From assembly GCA_038046605.1 (NCBI GenBank), contig JBBSVW010000026.1:1-23270 (forward strand): DNA of 23,270 bases, written 5' to 3'. How positions within the stretch are numbered: the first letter of the stretch is position 1; every line of letters begins with the position of its first letter. The notes under the pieces were generated by a model. It saw nothing but the letters and a program-made list of their open reading frames with translations, made no database searches and was not told the DNA's origin. Made by a program: the position numbers and the translations under genes. This DNA is from Candidatus Micrarchaeota archaeon (GTDB lineage: Archaea; Micrarchaeota; Micrarchaeia; Norongarragalinales; SBBD01). Below are positions 9,022 to 14,998 of the stretch, one piece after another.

Positions 9022-10197
9022 ATGCTGATCCTGGGTTTCGAATCAACGGCGCATACATTCGGGGCGGCTGTGGTTGAGAGCAAATTGGATTTGGGGAAGG
9101 CTGGAAAGAAGGGATATACATCCGGGAAAATACTTAGCCCATCGAATACCAAAATTATCGCCGAAACAGACATGAAATTCCCCGCGCTCAAGGAGGGATT
9201 CATTCCGCGCAAGCTTGCGGATTTCCATGCGAGGAATTTTGATGGAATTTTGGATGGGACGCTGGAAAAGGCGGGGGTTGGGCTTGGTGATTTGGATGCT
9301 GTTTGCTATTCATATGGCCCTGGCATCGGGCACACATTGCATATTGGCTTCATTGCGGCAAAAAGCATCTCCATTGCAAAATCCATACCGATGATACCAG
9401 TGAACCACGCGCTTTCGCATGTGGAAATCGCAAGGTTCCATTCGGGGATAATCGATCCGCTTGCTGTTTATGTCTCCGGAGGGAACACACAGATTATGGT
9501 GCTCGAAGGCCTGATGCATGGAGGGATAAAAAATGCAAAAAGAATGGGGGAGACTGAAAAATCCAATGGAAAGCACCCCGCATCTGCCCATTTGAAGCGA
9601 TACCATGTTTTGGGGGAAACCCTCGATATTGGCCTTGGCAATTATTTAGATCAGGTGGGAAGGCATTTCCGGCTTTCTCCACCAGATGCTGTGGGCGTCC
9701 TAAAGCAAGCTGCAAATGGGAAAAATCTGCTTCCACTCCCTTATATAGTGAAGGGGATGAACACCTCCTTTTCAGGCATGCTAACGGCAGTAAAAAAACT
9801 TGGGGCGAATTCAAATGGCGGCATAAACGGGAAAGGGCACAAAAATAATATCGATGGCACGAAGGCAGTAAATAGATTGCCGGACATTTGCCTCTCCGCA
9901 CAGGAATACGCCTTTTCGATGCTCCTTGAAACCGCCGAAAGGGGTTTGACACTGACCGGAAAGAAGGGGATAGTCGGAGTTGGGGGAAATTACCGCAACA
10001 AGCGCCTTCAGGAAATGACAATGGAACTATCAAAAGAGCATAAAATCAAGTGCCATTTCCCCACATTTGAACTTCTGGGGGACAATGCAGGGATGATCAC
10101 AATTACCGGGACGCAAGAGTTTGCATCAGGAATTTATCCGTCAAATCCAGCGCCCAACCAGAAGGCAAGGATTGATGGGGAAATTGTGGGTTGGTAG
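9022..10197 (+). CDS. kae1: tRNA N6-threonylcarbamoyladenosine synthesis protein Kae1 (KEOPS), not fused to Bud32
   Basis: LGFESTAHTFG, YSYGPG, VNHALSH (HxxxH), YVSGGNTQ, GETLDIGLGN, GDNAGMI. Confidence 0.95.
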   Translation: MLILGFESTAHTFGAAVVESKLDLGKAGKKGYTSGKILSPSNTKIIAETDMKFPALKEGFIPRKLADFHARNFDGILDGTLEKAGVGLGDLDAVCYSYGPGIGHTLHIGFIAAKSISIAKSIPMIPVNHALSHVEIARFHSGIIDPLAVYVSGGNTQIMVLEGLMHGGIKNAKRMGETEKSNGKHPASAHLKRYHVLGETLDIGLGNYLDQVGRHFRLSPPDAVGVLKQAANGKNLLPLPYIVKGMNTSFSGMLTAVKKLGANSNGGINGKGHKNNIDGTKAVNRLPDICLSAQEYAFSMLLETAERGLTLTGKKGIVGVGGNYRNKRLQEMTMELSKEHKIKCHFPTFELLGDNAGMITITGTQEFASGIYPSNPAPNQKARIDGEIVGW

Positions 10198-10283
10198 GCT
10201 AAAATTACAACCACGGTTGCATATCAAAAGGCCACCCTAGCGTTTAAATAAACTGGAAACTTGAATCTATTTCCAACAATAAG

Positions 10284-10766
10284 GTGCTAAACCATATGGA
10301 ACACAAATCTGATGAAGCTGTCAAGGAAAAACGTGAATCGTGGGACCACTATTTCATGCGCCTGGTGGAAGCCATCTCAACCCGCGCAACATGCAACCGA
10401 AGGAAATTTGGGGCCTTGCTTGCTAGGGATCATTTCATGCTTGCAACCGGCTACAATGGCTCCGCCCGGGGCCTTCCGCACTGCTCGGAGGTTGGCTGCA
10501 AGCTCATCCATGGACACTGTGTGCGGACAATCCATGCGGAGCAAAACGCGGTGATTTCTGCCGCGCGAAACGGCATCAATGTTAATGGCGCAACGCTTTA
10601 TTCTTCCGGATACCCATGCCTAATTTGCGCCAAAATCCTCTCGAATTTGGGGATAAAGCGGATCGTCTTCAAGGAGCTGTATTTCAAGGAGGAGTACAAG
10701 GAGGAATTCGAGTTCACTCAGGAGCTATTCAAGGAGGCCGGCGTTGAGACGGTTCATTTGAAGTAA
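10284..10766 (+). CDS. dCMP deaminase / ComEB family zinc deaminase (start may be ATG at 10296)
   Basis: SWDHYFM, RATCNRR, TGYNG, IHAEQNA and PCLIC motifs. Confidence 0.92.
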   Translation: MLNHMEHKSDEAVKEKRESWDHYFMRLVEAISTRATCNRRKFGALLARDHFMLATGYNGSARGLPHCSEVGCKLIHGHCVRTIHAEQNAVISAARNGINVNGATLYSSGYPCLICAKILSNLGIKRIVFKELYFKEEYKEEFEFTQELFKEAGVETVHLK

Positions 10767-10842
10767 TGCTAAAGCAATATTGCAATTTCAGCTGCCTGAT
10801 TAGTAATATATAGCATTGCCGCCAAAATAAGTACCTATTCCT

Positions 10843-10948
10843 GCAGGGGTGGCAGAGATTCCCGCAAGGGGACTGCAACTTGGTCAAATGCGCAGGGCTT
10901 AGGACCCTGTGCCTTAGGGCTGCAAGGGTTCAAATCCCTTCCCCTGCA
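10843..10948 (+). tRNA. tRNA-Leu(TAG) with a 21-nt D-loop intron (10858-10878, position 15/16)
   Basis: Acceptor GCAGGGG/CCCCTGC + A73; anticodon arm CAGGG-CTTAGGA-CCCTG; long variable arm; T arm AAGGG-TTCAAAT-CCCTT. Mature length is 85 nt after removing the intron. Confidence 0.93.
10858..10878 (+). other. tRNA-Leu non-canonical intron (BHB/BHL type)
   Basis: 4-bp helix GCAG(10852-55)/CTGC(10873-76) with 3-nt bulges AG|A and AA|C; inner stem TTCCC-GCAA-GGGGA with a GNRA loop. Confidence 0.88.
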
Positions 10949-11031
10949 CTCGACACCTATAGGGGAGTAACTCCCCTACTCGTGTCGCCTCTACCCCTTT
11001 ATTTACTTCAGCAAATCCCTTCCCCTGCACT
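10931..11031 (+). repeat. Perfect 20-bp direct repeat of the tRNA-Leu 3' end flanking a 61-bp insert
   Basis: CAAATCCCTTCCCCTGCACT at 10931-10950 and 11012-11031. Confidence 0.95.
10951..11011 (+). repeat. Hairpin element copy C
   Basis: CGACAC-cta-TAGGGGAG-taa-CTCCCCTA-ctc-GTGTCG-cctc-TACCCC-tttattta-CTTCA. Confidence 0.85.
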
Positions 11032-11105
11032 ATCCCTATTGTTCGATAACCTAGCCTGAATGCAAGCATAGTTCGAAAAAATAAATAAAAAGGCAAAAAA
11101 AGAAA

Positions 11106-12635
11106 TCAAAGCTTGGGGAACATCGCCTTTCTGTGCTGTTCCCGGTCAACTTCCTCCCTTGCAAGCGGCTGCTTCTTTTCCCCGGATCCCATCACAGTGC
11201 GGATATCCATCTCCTTGTTGTGGATGCCCCCGCTCCCGCCCTTCTTCCTGAATTTGACGATGTAAATCACGACTCCAATCAAGGTGGCAAGGACGACGAC
11301 AATCGCTACAGTTGTTGTCAAATCCAGCTCGTTTTGCCTTGAAGGAAGGCCAAGGGCGCGCCGGCCAATATCAATGAATTTGGCCTCAAGTTTTGCGAGC
11401 TCCGCAACAGTGACTACCGAATTGTTTGAAAGCCGTTTGTTTACATCATCCATTTCCGAACGGACAGATTTATGTTCGTTTGTTAGGTCGATTACGCGGG
11501 TATCATTTGCGGTATATTTTAACGCTGCAGCATCAATTGCCGCTTTAGCGTATTTTTCAGCCGATACGGTTTTGTTGTATGAAAACAAAAGACCATTTGG
11601 ATCGTCTATTATCGCTGCAAGTTCCCCATAACGCGTGTTCATGGTATTGAAATTATTGGAAGCGCCCTCGAAAGTGCTCGAATTCTTCAATTTTTCATAG
11701 GCTGCCTCAATTTCCTTGTATTTTGCATCAATTGGGGCGAATTTGACCGGCACAACCGATGTCTTGTTGATCGCCTTTTCCAGCACCTCCCTTCCCTGCA
11801 CCTGGAGCTCCTTGATTTTAAGCACATCCTTCCTTGAATTGTAGATTCGGATGATATCCAAGGCCTCCGTATTGATATCAGTGATCTTGTCCCTATAAGC
11901 CTCCCCGGATAGGCGGATTACCTCGTCCACATAGCCGTATTTGAATGCGCAGAATGGATCTTTTTCCATTGTCTTTCCAAGGAAATAGGCATAGCCAACG
12001 CCCGCATCGTCAAAATAAACCGTTTCGTTTTTAGCCTTTGTTCCCGCAATGTTTATTTGGGAAAGGGCGTCCCCTATCTGCTCCCTGCTTGCTGCCGTTT
12101 TCAGGAGCTGGATTTTTTCATCGTAAACATCCCACGATTCCTTCATGCGCTTCCGTTGGGCAAATACTGCATCGCAAACCCTGCCGGTTGAGGCATCAAC
12201 ACAACGGAACTGAGCCCAGAAGAAATTGGTTTCAACAAGGTCATAGAAGTAGAAATGGCATTTGTCAAATAGCACTTTTGATTCGTTGTAGTTTCTAAGA
12301 AGATCAGCTTTTGTAGCCTCGGTAAAGCCCGTGGCGCCGCTTTGGAGGTAATAATCCCTCAAAACCGAAACCAAAGTCGCCTCATCGGTTACCGGATCGA
12401 CTTTATCATTGAACACAAGCGAGCTCTTGCCATCTATCAAGACGACATAAAATACCTTCCCTTCGGATGTGTTCAGGATGAAATATTCGGCGCTTTCGCC
12501 CCTAAGCACATATTTCCTTGCCTCATCATCAACGTTTTTCGTTGCGGCATTGGAAAAGGCGGCAATTAGCAGCAAGAACAGCATTGCAAAACCGGCAAAT
12601 TTCATGTTAGTCTTCATAGGGATCACTATTCTCAA
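11106..12635 (-). CDS. Hypothetical surface protein: signal peptide, helical/coiled-coil ectodomain, C-terminal TM anchor (start may be 12617 or 12605)
   Basis: Signal MKFAGFAMLFLLLIAAFSNA; Ala/Glu/Lys-rich helical body; TM VAIVVVLATLIGVVIYIV followed by KFRKK. Confidence 0.85.
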   Translation of the reverse strand: MRIVIPMKTNMKFAGFAMLFLLLIAAFSNAATKNVDDEARKYVLRGESAEYFILNTSEGKVFYVVLIDGKSSLVFNDKVDPVTDEATLVSVLRDYYLQSGATGFTEATKADLLRNYNESKVLFDKCHFYFYDLVETNFFWAQFRCVDASTGRVCDAVFAQRKRMKESWDVYDEKIQLLKTAASREQIGDALSQINIAGTKAKNETVYFDDAGVGYAYFLGKTMEKDPFCAFKYGYVDEVIRLSGEAYRDKITDINTEALDIIRIYNSRKDVLKIKELQVQGREVLEKAINKTSVVPVKFAPIDAKYKEIEAAYEKLKNSSTFEGASNNFNTMNTRYGELAAIIDDPNGLLFSYNKTVSAEKYAKAAIDAAALKYTANDTRVIDLTNEHKSVRSEMDDVNKRLSNNSVVTVAELAKLEAKFIDIGRRALGLPSRQNELDLTTTVAIVVVLATLIGVVIYIVKFRKKGGSGGIHNKEMDIRTVMGSGEKKQPLAREEVDREQHRKAMFPKL

Positions 12636-12715
12636 TTAAGATGGGGGAGTTTTTAAATCTAAGCAGTTGGGAAGCTAAAAAAGTTCCGGTCAGAAATAAA
12701 GGCTGCCCCATTGAT

Positions 12716-14041
12716 TTATTCAAGTAAGGGATTTGCAACTTTCCCCATGAAGAGAATGACGCCGGTTGCCTTCTCCTGGATAAGGAAGATGAAGGGATGG
12801 TCGGCCTTGAATTCGGGAATGTATTGGGGCATTATTGCGGTTATGCCAACAACAATGCCAGTTGCAGCGGCGGCCTCAGTGCCTTCCTCATTAACCTCGA
12901 CAAACGCCTTGTGGTATGCTCCAGTTACTGAAAGGCCAAGGGTACCATCAATACCCGAAAGATCTGCACCCTCAGAAAATACGTCCCCGACACCCATGGC
13001 CATCAAATTCTCCTTTAATGAATAGCCGTCATCAAACTTGAATTTGGGGAAGATGAGGTCGATGCGGCGCTGGCTCATTCCAGATTTCCATTGGCCCAAC
13101 TTCTCAACAGTCAAGCTGCGCTCAAGACCAGCCAATTCACCATCCTTCGGAAGCAATACTAGCATGGAAAGCGAATCGCCCTTGTAGGGCATTTCAAGGA
13201 CCTGCAGCTGTTCATTTTCCATGTAATTAAACACGGCATCCTTGTCGTTCCGGTACATATATTGGGCTTTGGCCTTTTGCCCTCCCTCCAATCTGAATTC
13301 GCCTTCCAACGTATCCTTCTTATCAAATGCTTTTATCCAAGTGCCCTTGAAATAGATGGCATTGGCAATAACCAACCTAGTGCCAAAGTCAACTGATCCT
13401 TGTGGAAGCAAATCAACTATCTTATCGTTGGTTTTTTCTTCCACCCAATCATTTATCGTGTTTCTGGAACCCTCAGCATTGTTCTTGAAATCAACATTGC
13501 GAATTTCGCTCCCATAAAAATCAGATGCGGTTGCCTTGTAGGCGTTTAGGATGGGGTAGGTTTTTTCTATCCAAAGTGAATTTGCAACGCTTAGTTTGTA
13601 GGCTTCATTCCTGGCATTAAGCCTCGTATTGAGGTCCTTGAACCCGTTTTGCCTTATAGCGGAATCAGGATCAAGCCCAAAAACTCCCTGAAGCTCACTA
13701 GCCGTGATTCCTTTTGCACCCTCAGCCAGGATTGCAAACGCCTCGCTTATGCTGAAAGGTGAGAAAAAGAGGTTTCCGGCTTCCTTATCCTTTATTTGGG
13801 AGTAGAAATCAAATGCGAATTTGTTGTTCGCATCCGCCATTGCCAGGTCGGATGGGGAAATGGAAACAGAAGGAATGGATGTAGGGGATGGAATGGACGT
13901 AGGTATTGGCGTTGAACTTGGAATTATAGTTGCAGAGGGGGAAATTGTTGGAGTTGGGGATGGGATGGGCTGCATTTGATTTGTGCATCCAAATAATAGA
14001 AGCCCGGAAATCAACAAAAGTGCAATTAATGCAAATTTCAT
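12716..14041 (-). CDS. Serpin (serine protease inhibitor), lipoprotein-type signal and Pro/Ser/Thr linker
   Basis: NLFFSPFSIS, INDWVEEKTNDKI, NAIYFKGTW, hinge VNEEGTEAAAAT, FKADHPFIFLI, LFMGKV. Start moved to MKFALIALLLISGLLLFGC (ATG 14041, AGGTGG SD-like sequence upstream). Confidence 0.95.
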   Translation of the reverse strand: MKFALIALLLISGLLLFGCTNQMQPIPSPTPTISPSATIIPSSTPIPTSIPSPTSIPSVSISPSDLAMADANNKFAFDFYSQIKDKEAGNLFFSPFSISEAFAILAEGAKGITASELQGVFGLDPDSAIRQNGFKDLNTRLNARNEAYKLSVANSLWIEKTYPILNAYKATASDFYGSEIRNVDFKNNAEGSRNTINDWVEEKTNDKIVDLLPQGSVDFGTRLVIANAIYFKGTWIKAFDKKDTLEGEFRLEGGQKAKAQYMYRNDKDAVFNYMENEQLQVLEMPYKGDSLSMLVLLPKDGELAGLERSLTVEKLGQWKSGMSQRRIDLIFPKFKFDDGYSLKENLMAMGVGDVFSEGADLSGIDGTLGLSVTGAYHKAFVEVNEEGTEAAAATGIVVGITAIMPQYIPEFKADHPFIFLIQEKATGVILFMGKVANPLLE

Positions 14042-14156
14042 AACCATTCCACCTGCACAAATTAAGGGCGAATTTGTATATATACCATTTTGAAAGGTTA
14101 AAGATTGGCTTAACATCCGATTTTGAGCCTTGTTGCCTATGCGCTTCCCCCCCTTT

Positions 14157-14169
14157 GAAACCTTTAAAA
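14157..14169 (+). promoter_or_regulatory. Putative BRE-TATA promoter of the tRNA-Tyr/tRNA-Asp pair
   Basis: GAAACCTTTAAAA 61 nt before tRNA-Tyr; the same 13-mer occurs at 3471-3483 (-). Confidence 0.55.
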
Positions 14170-14261
14170 AAGAAGGATGGCATAAATCTATTCCATTCCC
14201 GAGAATACAGCATGTCGGGAAGTAGTTAATCCCGCAGTAGCTCAATCTGGCAGAGCGTCTG

Positions 14262-14355
14262 CGAGCCTCTTTTTCTTTCCCAAAAGAAAAAGACCCTCGG
14301 GAGAAAAAGGAAAGGGTTTTTATCTGGAATATGAATAAAAAGAGGTTACGGCGAA
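14262..14355 (+). other. tRNA-Tyr intron 1 (94 nt, position 30/31)
   Basis: BHB: helix CGTC(14256-59)/GGCG(14350-53), bulges TG|C and AA|A, outer AG/CT, inner stem AGCCTCTTTTT/AAAAAGAGGTT. Confidence 0.85.
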
Positions 14356-14362
14356 ACTGTAG

Positions 14363-14423
14363 TTCGGCTGATCTCGGCCTTCTTTAAAAGGAGTGCAAAA
14401 TGAGGTCGAATCGCTTACCAGAT
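14363..14423 (+). other. tRNA-Tyr intron 2 (61 nt, canonical 37/38)
   Basis: Relaxed BHB: CTGT/CCAG (one mismatch), bulges AG|T and AT|A; inner GATCTC/GAGGTC stem. Confidence 0.85.
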
Positions 14424-14445
14424 ATCAGACGGTTGCCAGTTCAAA

Positions 14446-14547
14446 AGGCCTTGCCTTTCTTTTAGTAAAAGAAAGGCGATGGCGCCGCCAAAGAAAACTC
14501 TTTTGCGGCTCCGCCGAATAATATTATTTATCCGGCTGGGCGGAAAA
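14446..14547 (+). other. tRNA-Tyr intron 3 (102 nt, T-loop 59/60)
   Basis: Relaxed BHB: TTCA/GGAA (one mismatch), bulges AA|A and AA|T, outer helix is the T stem. The exact boundary is ambiguous within the A runs, but the length is fixed by a 7-nt T loop. Confidence 0.8.
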
Positions 14548-14604
14548 TCTGGCCTGCGGGATTTTTGCCTTGGTAGTGTAGTGGTCCAGCATAGGGGCTT
14601 GTCG

Positions 14605-14695
14605 TCGAACCTTTTTCTTTTCTCGAAAAGAAAAAGCACTCCGGAAAAAGAAAAGGAAGTGTGTTTCGCGAATTAGAGAAGGAGGTTCTGCAAAC
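14605..14695 (+). other. tRNA-Asp intron 1 (91 nt, canonical 37/38)
   Basis: BHB helix TTGT(14599-602)/GCAA(14690-93), bulges CG|T and AC|A, inner GAACCT/AGGTTC. Confidence 0.88.
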
Positions 14696-14716
14696 AGCCC
14701 TTGACCCGGGTCCGAA

Positions 14717-14796
14717 TGACACAAAGGGGGATGTTTCCCCCTATCGTGTCGCCTTACCCCCTCTTGATTGAAGGGAAAATGGCGTTCATACGGAAA
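14717..14796 (+). other. tRNA-Asp intron 2 (80 nt, T-loop 59/60), containing hairpin element copy D (14717-14762)
   Basis: Helix TCCG(14711-14)/CGGA(14791-94), bulges AA|T and AA|T. The 5' part is TGACAC-aa-AGGGGGA-tgtt-TCCCCCT-atc-GTGTCG-cct-TACCCCC. Confidence 0.85.
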
Positions 14797-14811
14797 TCCC
14801 GGCCAAGGCGC

Positions 14812-14823
14812 TTTTTCTTTTTT
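14812..14823 (+). terminator. Oligo-T archaeal terminator after tRNA-Asp
   Basis: TTTTTCTTTTTT immediately downstream of the discriminator base. Confidence 0.6.
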
Positions 14824-14846
14824 AATAACACTAACCGCTAGTCGGT

Positions 14847-14945
14847 TCAAAACTCAATCGTCTTCCCTTCCTTAGGAATCCTCACATTCTTATGCAGTTC
14901 CTTGAAATCCTCTGCCCGATCCGTGTGAATTGGAATAGCAACAAG
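14847..14945 (-). pseudogene. C-terminal remnant of a probable MBL-fold/beta-CASP (RNase J-like) hydrolase
   Basis: Frame reads LVAIPIHTDRAEDFKELHKNVRIPKEGKTIEF*. IPIHT followed by a V-x-I-P-x-x-G-x-x-I-E-F end resembles that family's C-terminus. There is an in-frame stop upstream at 14979-14981 and no ATG. Confidence 0.5.
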
Positions 14946-14998
14946 CAAATTATTTGTTTTACCCGCAAGGGCAATTATTTAGGGTTAGATCCCTTTTC

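Larger units (their letters stand above)
14231..14561 (+). tRNA. tRNA-Tyr(GTA) with three introns: 14262-14355 (30/31), 14363-14423 (37/38), 14446-14547 (59/60)
   Basis: Exons join to CCCGCAG TA GCTC AATCTGGCA GAGC G TCTG|A CT GTA G|A TCAGA CGGTT GCCAG TTCAAA|T CTGGC CTGCGGG A (74 nt). C1-G72 and A73 are the archaeal Tyr identity elements. Confidence 0.9.
14567..14810 (+). tRNA. tRNA-Asp(GTC) with two introns: 14605-14695 (37/38) and 14717-14796 (59/60)
   Basis: Exons join to GCCTTGG TA GTGTAGTGGTCCAGCAT A GGGGC TT GTC G|A GCCCT TGAC CCGGG TCCGAA|T CCCGG CCAAGGC G (73 nt), with the G73 discriminator. Confidence 0.9.

Noticed and set aside
8955-9028. C/D box sRNA (TTGATGA ... CTGA)
   Set aside because: Imperfect C box, no convincing D'/C' boxes, long spacing, and the CTGA lies in kae1 codons.
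8846-9048. BHB-type mRNA intron joining the first kae1 start to the gene body
   Set aside because: I tried the homologous junctions by eye and found no 4-bp helix with two 3-nt bulges; the downstream copy is complete without splicing. Unsupported, though RNA data could revisit it.
10931-11011. T-loop intron in tRNA-Leu using the second repeat as 3' exon
   Set aside because: The required helix TTCA/AGCA does not pair, and the first copy already completes the tRNA.
14042-14245. 68-aa N-terminal extension of the serpin ORF
   Set aside because: It overlaps the tRNA-Tyr start and promoter region; the signal peptide and SD-like site point to ATG 14041 (or 14047).
8845-14762. CRISPR array or IS/MITE interpretation of the repeats
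   Set aside because: Copies are dispersed rather than regularly spaced, the element has an asymmetric 3' tail rather than terminal inverted repeats, and no cas or transposase gene is in the window.
14415-14850. Short ORFs on both strands over the tRNA pair
   Set aside because: Fully explained by tRNA exons and hairpin introns; no protein motifs.
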